Assembly (NCBI RefSeq): GCF_001997385.1
Contig: NZ_CP019633.1
Location: 990,001 to 1,022,000, forward strand
From: Sedimentisphaera cyanobacteriorum
GTDB taxonomy: Bacteria > Planctomycetota > Phycisphaerae > Sedimentisphaerales > Sedimentisphaeraceae
Direction of reading: 5' to 3'
DNA: 32,000 bases
Below the pieces are notes generated by a model. It made no database searches and was not told where the DNA came from. It saw only the letters and a list, made by a program, of their open reading frames with translations. Below, one piece after another: positions 16,589 to 25,076 of the stretch; the first letter of the stretch is position 1, and every line of letters begins with the position of its first letter. The position numbers and the translations under genes were made by a program.

Positions 16589-19096
16589 ATGGCAAATTTT
16601 AAGATGTTTTCAAAATCAGTTTTTTTGGCTGCCGTTTTTTTGGGAGTTAATGCAGATATGGCTTCAGCAAGCATTCACAGAGAGGAAACAGTTGGAAAAA
16701 TACTTAACCAAATGACACTTGAGGAAAAGGTGTCTTTATGCCACGGGGCTTCGCATTTCACTACCTCCCCGATAGAGAGGCTTGGTGTAAGACCGCTTGA
16801 ATTTGCAGACGGCCCTCACGGGGTAAGAAACAGGAATGAAAACCACATCTACTTCCCCACAGGTATTTCTGTTGGAGCCACTTGGAACAGAGAGCTTATA
16901 CAAAAGTACGGCAGAGCTCTTGGTACTGAGACCGGCGCATCGGGCAGGGATGTAATTTTAGGCCCAGCAATCTGCATCAACAGAAATCCGCTATGCGGGC
17001 GGTTTTTTGAATATATGAGCGAAGACCCATATCTGGTTTCTGAGCTTGCTCCCGAGTACATAAAAGGCGTGCAGAGCACCGGCGTTGCGGCGTGCGCAAA
17101 GCACTATGTGGCGAACAGTCAGGAAGAACAAAGACACACTATAAGCGAAAACGTTGACCTGAGAACTCTGCACGAGATATATTTCCCCGGGTTCAAGGCA
17201 AGCGTTCAAGAGGGAAATGCACTTACCGTTATGAGCGCATACAATAAACTCAACGGGACTTACTGCTCTGAGAACGGATTTATACAAACAGATATTCTAA
17301 AAGAGAGATGGGGCTTTGACGGCCTTGTCATGAGCGACTGGGGCGCGGTTCACAGCGTTAGAGCTGCTGAGGGCGGGCTCGACCTTGAGATGCCCGGGAA
17401 GGACAGCAACTACCTGGGCAAACCGCTTCTTGAAGGGTGCAGAAATGGAGAGATCCCTGAGAGCAGGGTGAATGATATGGCAAGGCGTATGCTGAGGCTG
17501 CATTATGAGATAGGAGCTCTTGAAGAGGCGCCGAGGCGAGAGAGACCTGAGCTTGATAAAAAGGCGAACGAACAGATTGCACTTGAAACTGCAAGAGAGG
17601 CAATTGTGCTCTTGAAAAATTCCCCGGCAGCCCTGCCGCTGGAGGAGAAAAGATTAGATTCAATATTTATCACAGGCATAAACGCAGACAGAAAACATGC
17701 AGGGGGCGGAGGCAGCAGTACAGTACACTGCGATTATGAAATTACCCCGCTGGAGGGTATGCAGATGGCCTGCGAGTCGGGCAGGACGGAAATACATTAC
17801 AAACCGTTCAGCGGACAGCAGACATTAAAGCCAATACCTACTAAAAACCTTTTTACTGCAAAATCATCCAATCAACACGGGCTCATCGGCCATTACTACG
17901 ATAATAAAAATCTCGAAAACAACCCCGCTGAAGTACGGATTGACAATCAGATAAATTTTAGATGGACGGGAAAAACTCCGGCAAAAAGAATTCCCAAGAC
18001 AAACTTCTCCGTTAGATGGACAGGGGCTCTGAAAGCAGAGCAGGCAGGCGATTATGAATTCGGGCTCAACAGCGACGACGGTTCAAGGCTGTATATCGAC
18101 GGCGAGCTCGTTATTGATAACTGGGGCGACCACGCAACTAAGCTTGAAACCGGCAAATACAAACTAGAGAAGAATAAATTCTATGAGATAAAGGTTGAGT
18201 ATTACAACGGCATAAAAGATTCTGTTGTAAAGCTGCTCTGGGGCAAAGAGGCTAATTATAAAAAGATTTTTAATGAAGATGCTCAAATGGCCTCCCGCTG
18301 CGGAGCGGCAGTTATATTTGCAGGCCTGAGCCATAAATACGACAGCGAGGGAAGGGACAAGCCAGATATGAAGCTCCCGGGAATTCAGACTGAGCAGATC
18401 AAGGCAATTGCTGAGAAGAACCCGAATACGATTGTTGTTCTCATTGGCGGTTCGCCTGTTGAGATGGGAGAATTTCTTGGGGATGTGCCTTCTGTAGTTC
18501 AGGCTTGGTATGCAGGACAGCGAGGCGGCGAGGCCATAGCCGATATTATTTTCGGCAAGGTTAATCCCTCGGGCAAGCTCCCTGTTACCCTGCCCAAACG
18601 GCTTGAAGACACCCCCGCCTTCGCAATCGGCGAATACCCCGGGTCGGACGGGGAAGTTGAGCATAAGGAAGGGATCTTTGTGGGATACCGCTATTATGAT
18701 ACGATGGGGGTTGAACCGGAATTTGCCTTTGGCCACGGACTTTCTTATACAAGCTTTAAGTACTCAGACCTGAAGATAAGCAGCGAAAAACCGTTCACAG
18801 CAAATGTTTCACTGAAGATTAAAAACACCGGCTGGAGAAAAGGCAAGGAAACAGTTCAGATTTATATACACGATAAAAAGAGCAGTCTAAAAAGGCCTGC
18901 CAAAGAGCTCAAAGGCTTTGAAAAAATATCTCTTAATAAGGGGCAGGCTAAGACTTTCCATTTCAAGCTCAGCAGAGAAGACTTCTCATTTTTCAATCCC
19001 CAGCTTGACTGCTGGATTGCAGAACCCGGGGAGTTCAACATTATGGCCGGCAGCTCTTCAAGAGATATAAGGCTCAGTGAAGATATCAAATTCTGA
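16589..19096 (+). CDS. glycoside hydrolase family 3 (beta-glucosidase/beta-xylosidase type) with inserted PA14 domain and C-terminal Fn3-like domain, secreted
   Basis: Signal peptide MANFKMFSKSVFLAAVFLGVNADMASA. GH3 motifs GPHGVR, KHYVANSQE, VMSDWGA (nucleophile Asp). PA14 block GLIGHYYDNKNLENNP...SDDGSRLYIDGELVIDNWG...VKLLWG (nt ~17870-18244). Fn3-like tail VQIYIHD...ELKGFEKI. Confidence 0.92.
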   Translation: MANFKMFSKSVFLAAVFLGVNADMASASIHREETVGKILNQMTLEEKVSLCHGASHFTTSPIERLGVRPLEFADGPHGVRNRNENHIYFPTGISVGATWNRELIQKYGRALGTETGASGRDVILGPAICINRNPLCGRFFEYMSEDPYLVSELAPEYIKGVQSTGVAACAKHYVANSQEEQRHTISENVDLRTLHEIYFPGFKASVQEGNALTVMSAYNKLNGTYCSENGFIQTDILKERWGFDGLVMSDWGAVHSVRAAEGGLDLEMPGKDSNYLGKPLLEGCRNGEIPESRVNDMARRMLRLHYEIGALEEAPRRERPELDKKANEQIALETAREAIVLLKNSPAALPLEEKRLDSIFITGINADRKHAGGGGSSTVHCDYEITPLEGMQMACESGRTEIHYKPFSGQQTLKPIPTKNLFTAKSSNQHGLIGHYYDNKNLENNPAEVRIDNQINFRWTGKTPAKRIPKTNFSVRWTGALKAEQAGDYEFGLNSDDGSRLYIDGELVIDNWGDHATKLETGKYKLEKNKFYEIKVEYYNGIKDSVVKLLWGKEANYKKIFNEDAQMASRCGAAVIFAGLSHKYDSEGRDKPDMKLPGIQTEQIKAIAEKNPNTIVVLIGGSPVEMGEFLGDVPSVVQAWYAGQRGGEAIADIIFGKVNPSGKLPVTLPKRLEDTPAFAIGEYPGSDGEVEHKEGIFVGYRYYDTMGVEPEFAFGHGLSYTSFKYSDLKISSEKPFTANVSLKIKNTGWRKGKETVQIYIHDKKSSLKRPAKELKGFEKISLNKGQAKTFHFKLSREDFSFFNPQLDCWIAEPGEFNIMAGSSSRDIRLSEDIKF

Positions 19097-19280
19097 TAAA
19101 TACAAAGCGCCTAAAATTAAGGCAGAAGTGTAAAATGTCAAAAAAGTAAAAGCCATTTACACAGCTAAATGAACAAACCCCAATAAGTATTTGCTGTTTT
19201 CCCGGCAGCAGCAAGCTTTCAAACAGGGGCGAACCTCTGATAGGCTTTAGAGCGTTTCGGCAAGATTTACAGAATTTTTC

Positions 19281-19318
19281 ATAGAGGGCAAACACATTAG
19301 TTTGCCCTCTATCTTTTA
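19281..19318 (+). terminator. strong hairpin terminator between the convergent GH3 and xylR genes
   Basis: Perfect 13-bp stem ATAGAGGGCAAAC / GTTTGCCCTCTAT (19281-19293 / 19300-19312) with a 6-nt loop, followed by CTTTTAC on the + strand. It lies 30 nt past the xylR stop on the other strand, so it may act bidirectionally. Confidence 0.6.
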
Positions 19319-19342
19319 CTCACCTTTACTGCATAGATTTCT

Positions 19343-20476
19343 TTATTCAGTTTCACTCATTCGCTTTCTAAATTCACCGGGTGATTCGCCGGTTAAATTT
19401 TTGAAATAACGTGAAAAGTGCTCCGCGGCAGTAAAGTCCAAACTCTGGGCTATCTGATATACAGGGAAGTCTGTTTTGGCCAGCGACTGCTTGATGTAAT
19501 TAATCCTGAAGCGGTCAATTTCCTGTTTAATTGTTCTGTTGAGATGTGTCCTAAATCGATACTCCAAAGTCCGTCTGGAAAGCGTGGTAGCTTCTACGAC
19601 ATCCCGTGCCTGAATCAATTTGTGAAAATTATTTCGAATAAAGATCAGTGCCGAAACAACCTCTTTATCCTCAACCGCCAGCACTTCGGTTGATTGCCTT
19701 TCAATGACCTCCACTGGTTCCACATTGATATTCTGATCAAGGATTTTGTCCCTCATTGAGCTGCCGAGAAGTTTAGCCCCGATAAATCCAGCGGTTTCGA
19801 AATTCAGCAGAATACTTGAAAGCGGAGGGGAGGAAAGGTTACAGACAAGCTCATCATTGTCAACGCCAAGCACAGCCACTTCCTCGGGAACACTGATTCC
19901 AGCCACCTTGCAGGCTTCCATAATGTATATGGCTCTATCGTCGTTGCATCCGAAAACACAGATTGGTTTGGGAAGCCCCTTGAGCCACTCTATAACCGGC
20001 TGCTTTTTATCCAAATATGTAGAACTGTCATTATAGACGTATATCTTCTCAAAACCGTAACTAATGACTTGCAGTTGATAGCTTTGCAGTCTCTTTTCAG
20101 ACCAAGGTATATTCTCGAAGCCGCAATAGGCAAAATGCTTAAACCCGAGAGAATAGAAGTAGTCTGCGGCCATTTTCCCAATCATCGCTGAATCGGTGAT
20201 TATTGATATCGCATTTGGGCTGTTTTTTTCGTCTATGTAATTGATAATTTTGGGCTTGTCTGTTTCCAGTATTCTTGAGATATTTTTTGCGTCGCATATA
20301 AAAAAACCGTCAAATCTGTTCAGATTATCGGCAATTTCATATTCAATTTCAAGGTATTCAGGCGGTTTTGTATGCACCTGCCACCTGTCAAAGGCTCTAA
20401 TGTATTTCTCAGCGCCGGCAAGCAGCTGCCTGCCAGTGTTTCTTGAGGTATCAACAATTATCAGCACTTTTTTCAT
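19343..20476 (-). CDS. xylR: XylR-type regulator: periplasmic-binding-protein-like sugar sensor domain + AraC-family HTH
   Basis: 377 aa. The N-terminus MKKVLIIVDTSRNTGRQLLAGAEKYI is typical of XylR-like PBP-fold regulators. C-terminal AraC double HTH (LSRRTLEYRFRTHL...QIAQSLDFTAAEHFSRYFKNLTGESPGEFRK). It is divergent from xylB-xylA. Confidence 0.85.
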   Translation of the reverse strand: MKKVLIIVDTSRNTGRQLLAGAEKYIRAFDRWQVHTKPPEYLEIEYEIADNLNRFDGFFICDAKNISRILETDKPKIINYIDEKNSPNAISIITDSAMIGKMAADYFYSLGFKHFAYCGFENIPWSEKRLQSYQLQVISYGFEKIYVYNDSSTYLDKKQPVIEWLKGLPKPICVFGCNDDRAIYIMEACKVAGISVPEEVAVLGVDNDELVCNLSSPPLSSILLNFETAGFIGAKLLGSSMRDKILDQNINVEPVEVIERQSTEVLAVEDKEVVSALIFIRNNFHKLIQARDVVEATTLSRRTLEYRFRTHLNRTIKQEIDRFRINYIKQSLAKTDFPVYQIAQSLDFTAAEHFSRYFKNLTGESPGEFRKRMSETE

Positions 20477-20507
20477 GGATTAGGCCTGATTTATACTATG
20501 TTCTGAC

Positions 20508-20536
20508 TTGCGTAAACTGGTATTATTTTAACGCAA
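20508..20536. promoter_or_regulatory. inverted repeat in the xylR/xylB divergent intergenic region (candidate operator)
   Basis: TTGCGT-N17-ACGCAA: perfect 6-bp arms, with 2 further pairs after one mismatch, centred in the 129-bp divergent promoter region. Confidence 0.25.
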
Positions 20537-20605
20537 AGTGGTCTTCCTGTCAAAGTGCTGTTATGGTAAGCTGTTGGTATTATAGAATTTACTTAGGAGC
20601 CTTAA

Positions 20606-22087
20606 ATGTATCTTTTGGGTTATGACTGTGGCACTTCATTAATAAAAGCCACTCTCCTTGATGCTGAATCGGGAATTCAGGCAGCCTCGGCAACAGCTCC
20701 GGCTGTCGAAATGCAGATTCGTTCTCTCAAACCCGGCTGGGCTGAGCAGTCGCCGGAGATGTGGTGGGATAATTTAAAGAATGCTACTGCCGAATTGCTT
20801 TCTAACTCGCAGATCGACCCCTCGCAAATTAAGGCAATCGGAATTACATATCAGATGCACGGGCTTGTGGCAGTTGATAAACAGCTTGTCCCGCTTCGAG
20901 ATTCAATCATCTGGTGCGACAGCAGGTCAGTGGATATCGGAAATCGAGCGTTTGAAGGAATTGGCCAAAAAAGATGTCTGCAAAACCTGCTGAATTCGCC
21001 GGGCAATTTCACTGCATCAAAATTGAAGTGGGTGAAGGATAACGAACCTGAGATTTACAGCAGAATATACAAGGCTATGCTTCCGGGCGACTATATTGCT
21101 ATGAAATTGACAGGCGAGGCTTATACAACCGAATCGGGTTTGTCTGAGATGATCCTTTGGGATTTCCAAAAGGACAGGGCTGCCCAATCTGTACTTGATT
21201 ATTACGGCATTGACAAAGAATTGCTGCCTGAGGCATTGCCTACCTTTTCAATGCAGGGAAAGCTCTCTGGAAGTGCAGCCGCGGAGCTTGGCCTGGCAGC
21301 CGGAACTAAAGTGTGTTACAGAGCAGGCGACCAGCCCAACAATGCGTTTTCGCTCAATGTTCTCAGACCCGGCGAGATAGCCGCCACTGCAGGCACCTCA
21401 GGTGTTGTTTACGGCGTCTCAGATACACCTGCCTATGATAGGCAGTCCCGAGTAAACAGCTTTGTTCATGTAAACCATCAGCATAGCAGGCCGAGATATG
21501 GTGTTTTGCTTTGCATAAACGGAGCGGGAATTTTGAACAGCTGGGTGAAAAACAATATAGCCTCAGGAATAGATTATGCGCAAATAGACAAATACGCTTC
21601 GGAAATACCTGCCGGCAGCGAAGGGCTTTCGATAATACCCTTCGGAAACGGGGCTGAGCGTATTCTCGGCAACAGCTGGCCAGACGGGGCGATCAGAGGG
21701 ATTAATTTCCACGTTCACAGCCAGTCGCATATTTTCAGAGCCGCACAGGAAGGGATCGCTTTCGCTATGAATTACGGCCTTTCAATAATGAAGAATATGA
21801 ATCTTAAGCCTCAGACGATCAAGGCAGGAAACGCTAATATGTTTCGCAGCCCTGTTTTCTGCGAGGCTTTCTCCAACGTTACGGGTGTAACGTTGGAATT
21901 GTACAATACCGATGGTTCACAGGGCGCAGCGCGGGCTGCCGGCATTGGGCTTGGCATATATAAAAATTTTGAGGAAGCGTTTCAAGGTTTGGAATGCACA
22001 AAAAGAATCGAGCCAGACCAGAAACTTAAACAAACTTACAGTGAAGCATACGAAAAATGGATAGAAATTTTAAACAAAGAGGAGTAG
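20606..22087 (+). CDS. xylB: xylulokinase (FGGY carbohydrate kinase)
   Basis: N-terminal LGYDCGTSLIKATL phosphate-1 motif, AGDQPNNAF, and FGGY C-domain layout. RBS GGAG. Immediately upstream of xylA. Confidence 0.9.
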   Translation: MYLLGYDCGTSLIKATLLDAESGIQAASATAPAVEMQIRSLKPGWAEQSPEMWWDNLKNATAELLSNSQIDPSQIKAIGITYQMHGLVAVDKQLVPLRDSIIWCDSRSVDIGNRAFEGIGQKRCLQNLLNSPGNFTASKLKWVKDNEPEIYSRIYKAMLPGDYIAMKLTGEAYTTESGLSEMILWDFQKDRAAQSVLDYYGIDKELLPEALPTFSMQGKLSGSAAAELGLAAGTKVCYRAGDQPNNAFSLNVLRPGEIAATAGTSGVVYGVSDTPAYDRQSRVNSFVHVNHQHSRPRYGVLLCINGAGILNSWVKNNIASGIDYAQIDKYASEIPAGSEGLSIIPFGNGAERILGNSWPDGAIRGINFHVHSQSHIFRAAQEGIAFAMNYGLSIMKNMNLKPQTIKAGNANMFRSPVFCEAFSNVTGVTLELYNTDGSQGAARAAGIGLGIYKNFEEAFQGLECTKRIEPDQKLKQTYSEAYEKWIEILNKEE

Positions 22088-22091
22088 AAAA

Positions 22092-23402
22092 ATGAACCAG
22101 TATTTTCCGGAAATAAAAAAGATTACGTATCAGGGGCCGGATTCGAAAGATCCGCTCTCATTCAAGCACTATAATCCTGATGAAATTGTGCTCGGAAAGA
22201 AAATGGCAGACCATCTTCGTTTTGCTGTCTGCTATTGGCATACCTTTAAAGGGCTGGGTGATGATCCGTTTGGCGGCCCAACTATGATCCGAAATTACAA
22301 CCAATCCAACGAACCGATGCAGTGTGCCAGAGATACAATGCACGCCGCTTTTGAGTTTTTCACTAAGCTGGGTGTGAATTTCTGGTGTTTTCACGACAGG
22401 GACATCGCTCCCGAGGCAGATAATCTTGCTGAAACAAACGAGAGACTTGATGAGATGACCAGCTTAGCTAAAAAGCTTCAAAATGAAACTGGGCTAAGTC
22501 TGCTTTGGGGTACCACCAACGCCTTCAGCCACAGAAGATTTCTTGCCGGAGCATCAACAAACCCATCGCCTGATGTGTTTGCCTATGCAGCCAGTCAGGT
22601 GAAAAAGGCAATGGAAATTACGCATGAACTCGGCGGCCAAGGCTATGTGTTCTGGGGCGGGAGAGAGGGCTACGACACCCTGCTCAACACCGATATGAAA
22701 CGTGAGCTCGACCATATGGGTATGTTTATGAATATGGCAGTTGACCATAAGAAGAAGATTGGCTTTGAAGGCGATCTTTTCATTGAGCCCAAGCCCAAAG
22801 AGCCAACAAAGCATCAGTACGATTTCGATGCCGGCAGCTGTATGGCATTTCTCCAGAAGTATAACCTTACAGATGACTTCAAACTGAATATTGAGGCAAA
22901 TCATGCCACTCTGGCCGCACATACTTTTCAGCACGAACTTGAGTATGCAGCTGGAAACGGTATGCTGGGCTCTGTTGATGCCAACCGCGGCGATATGCTG
23001 CTTGGTTGGGATACCGATCAGTTCCCCACAAACCTCTACGACAGCGCACTTGCAATGTACACAATCCTCAGGGCAGGCGGGTTTAGCTCAGGCGGATTAA
23101 ATTTTGATGCTAAGCTGCGTAGGCAGTCTATTGATCCGGTCGATCTTTTCTACGCCCATATTGCAGCTATGGACTGCTTTGCAAGAGGGCTCAAGATTGC
23201 TGAGAGAATGATCAGCGATGGAACATTTGAAGATAATCTCAAGAAACGCTACGCAGGCTGGGATACAGGTTTAGGAGCTAAGATTGAGGCAGGCAAAGCG
23301 GATTTTCAAAAGCTCGAGCAATATACAATAGAAAACGGCGAACCAGAGCTGCAAAGCGGCAGACAGGAAATGCTTGAAAACATCCTCAACGGATACATCT
23401 AA
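22092..23402 (+). CDS. xylA: xylose isomerase (class II)
   Basis: FHDRD, VFWGGREGY, IEPKPKEPTKHQYDFD, LNIEANHATLAAHTFQHE, GSVDANRGDMLLGWDTDQFP. A GGAG RBS overlaps the xylB stop. Confidence 0.95.
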   Translation: MNQYFPEIKKITYQGPDSKDPLSFKHYNPDEIVLGKKMADHLRFAVCYWHTFKGLGDDPFGGPTMIRNYNQSNEPMQCARDTMHAAFEFFTKLGVNFWCFHDRDIAPEADNLAETNERLDEMTSLAKKLQNETGLSLLWGTTNAFSHRRFLAGASTNPSPDVFAYAASQVKKAMEITHELGGQGYVFWGGREGYDTLLNTDMKRELDHMGMFMNMAVDHKKKIGFEGDLFIEPKPKEPTKHQYDFDAGSCMAFLQKYNLTDDFKLNIEANHATLAAHTFQHELEYAAGNGMLGSVDANRGDMLLGWDTDQFPTNLYDSALAMYTILRAGGFSSGGLNFDAKLRRQSIDPVDLFYAHIAAMDCFARGLKIAERMISDGTFEDNLKKRYAGWDTGLGAKIEAGKADFQKLEQYTIENGEPELQSGRQEMLENILNGYI

Positions 23403-23405
23403 TAA
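23400..23405. repeat. candidate target-site duplication, left copy (TAATAA; includes the xylA stop codon)
   Basis: The same hexamer abuts both ends of the IS5-type element. The true duplication could be shorter (3-4 bp) with a chance extension. Confidence 0.6.
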
Positions 23406-23420
23406 GTCGTTCCTGAAAAA
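23406..23420. repeat. IS5-type terminal inverted repeat, left
   Basis: GTCGTTCCTGAAAAA; 13/15 match to the reverse complement of 24923-24937. Confidence 0.7.
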
Positions 23421-23451
23421 TCAATGATTTTGGGGAAACTAAAAAAATATA

Positions 23452-24795
23452 TCAGGCTAATCGAGTCTTTAATTTGCTTTTCATTGCCAAATTTCTGTAA
23501 AATTCAATAATTTTAAGCATAAAAATATAGGCAAAAGTAAACTTCTTTAGAAGTTTACGCATATTGTACCCAAAAGCGCTGCCGAGGGCGTTCATTTTGT
23601 CCCCTTCTACACCTTTCAAGAAGTTTCTTCCCAACCTGTTGTCTTCTTTGAGGTGGCCTATCGTTGGTTCTATGCTCGATCTTCTCTTAATCCACCTCTT
23701 GATACTTCGTTTCTTTTTTCGCCAGCCCTTTTCTACAATTTCAACATTTCCAATATCTTCGCAGCCATGTTTCTTGTATCCTCCATCAACATAAACATCT
23801 CCAAGCTTTTCTCTCCCGATTAAATTCATTGTCTGCTTCAGATTAGCCCGAAGAGTATGGCCATCATAAGGGTTTCCTTCAAAGCCCAACGCTCCTACGA
23901 TAAAATTATTCTTGGCAGTAGTTACAATTCCAACCTTATTTCCAAACTCATATTTCTTGTGGCTTTTGCCTTTCCCAATGCAGCAGACGTGAGGTTCGTG
24001 AATACTGTAGAGCTTATTTTTGCTTTTCTTTGTCTGGGCTAAAAGCTTCTTAGCGGCTTGAAGCAATGTATCAAAAATTATTCTTAACTGCTCATTGCCT
24101 GCTATATTCCGCTCGACCTCTTTCGTAATTCGCCGCAGGTAGTTCCTTAATTTCTTCACTTCTTTTTTAGCTCTTTTGAACTGTTTTGCACGTCGATACC
24201 TGCCCTGCATTACATACGCCCTTTTTCCAACCCTTTCGTAGCTTTGGCGAAGTTGGAGTTTTGAGGCTTTTGCAAGATCTACAAGCTTAATGCGCAGTTT
24301 GTGGCAGAGTTTTGCGTCGGTCGGATAAGTGATGTTCTTCTGCTGAACGGTTGTATCTGCAACGAGCTTGTTGAAATCGTTCTTTTTGATAACCTTAAGC
24401 TTCAAGCCGGCTTTGATAGTTTCTTCGAGCAGCTCTTCAAGACCATCAGATTTTACCTTATTACGCCACTTAGTCATACTGGTTGGATCAATAGGAGGCT
24501 CGTACTGGAAGTATCTTTCGCCGCAGAAATACTGCCAGTAAGGATTCTCAACCCAGCCGGCAACGATTGCTTCATCGCTGAGATTGAAAGTGTACTTGAG
24601 ATACTGAAGGCCGACCATCAGGCGAATCGGCTTGGCCGGCCTGCCTGAATCAGGACTGTATAAACTGCCAAACTTCTCTTCAAAGCGAGACCAGTTGACA
24701 ACCTCTGAGAGTTGGACTAAAGAGTGATCAGGATTTACAAGAGGTTTTAATGGCTGCTGAAAGAGTAAGCCTGCTTTATTGTTTTTTGCCTTCAT
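23452..24795 (-). CDS. IS5-family DDE transposase (InsH/DUF772-type N-terminal domain)
   Basis: 447 aa from ATG 24795; the track start at 24816 is TTG. N-terminal RPAKPIRLMVGLQYLKYTFNLSDE. DDE region with VADTTVQ, VYVDGGYK, RSSIEPTIGHLKEDNRLGRNFLKG. Confidence 0.9.
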   Translation of the reverse strand: MKAKNNKAGLLFQQPLKPLVNPDHSLVQLSEVVNWSRFEEKFGSLYSPDSGRPAKPIRLMVGLQYLKYTFNLSDEAIVAGWVENPYWQYFCGERYFQYEPPIDPTSMTKWRNKVKSDGLEELLEETIKAGLKLKVIKKNDFNKLVADTTVQQKNITYPTDAKLCHKLRIKLVDLAKASKLQLRQSYERVGKRAYVMQGRYRRAKQFKRAKKEVKKLRNYLRRITKEVERNIAGNEQLRIIFDTLLQAAKKLLAQTKKSKNKLYSIHEPHVCCIGKGKSHKKYEFGNKVGIVTTAKNNFIVGALGFEGNPYDGHTLRANLKQTMNLIGREKLGDVYVDGGYKKHGCEDIGNVEIVEKGWRKKKRSIKRWIKRRSSIEPTIGHLKEDNRLGRNFLKGVEGDKMNALGSAFGYNMRKLLKKFTFAYIFMLKIIEFYRNLAMKSKLKTRLA

Positions 24796-24922
24796 TATTT
24801 TGTCCCAATATTGCAATGTTTTGATAGATGTAAGATAAACACTTGCAATATTATACCATATCTCGAAAGCTTTTCAATCATATAAACCATTATCAGGAAA
24901 GAATTTAAGGAAAATTTTAAAC

Positions 24923-24937
24923 TTTTTCAGGGGCGAC
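24923..24937. repeat. IS5-type terminal inverted repeat, right
   Basis: TTTTTCAGGGGCGAC, the reverse complement of GTCGCCCCTGAAAAA. Confidence 0.7.
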
Positions 24938-24943
24938 TAATAA
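24938..24943. repeat. candidate target-site duplication, right copy (TAATAA)
   Basis: Identical to 23400-23405 and directly abuts the right IR. Confidence 0.6.
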
Positions 24944-25076
24944 ACCACTGCTTTGTTTTAAAAGAAGAAAACTCGGCGGGACTGGCGGGCTGATAATAAT
25001 CAGTTAATTATTGAAGACGCCGGTCCTAAAGCCGTTATGAAGAATATGTTCGGGCTTCTTGATTATATTAAGCCTC

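Larger units (their letters stand above)
23406..24937 (-). mobile_element. IS5-superfamily insertion sequence (1532 bp)
   Basis: Imperfect terminal inverted repeats GTCGTTCCTGAAAAA (23406-23420) and GTCGCCCCTGAAAAA (complement of 24923-24937), 13/15 identical. Flanking TAATAA direct repeat. Single transposase ORF. Confidence 0.8.

Noticed and set aside
18164-18736. 190-aa antisense ORF inside the GH3 gene
   Set aside because: It is a shadow ORF opposite a confidently identified gene.
19086-19295. 69-aa minus-strand ORF in the GH3/xylR convergent gap
   Set aside because: It has no RBS, its start lies inside the 13-bp terminator hairpin, and its sequence is Phe/Cys-rich and odd. It is more likely non-coding 3' UTR.
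3479-24937. Possibility that the two IS elements form a composite transposon carrying the intervening 18 kb
   Set aside because: The elements belong to different families (IS4 versus IS5 type) with unrelated ends, and each has its own target duplication. They are independent simple insertions.
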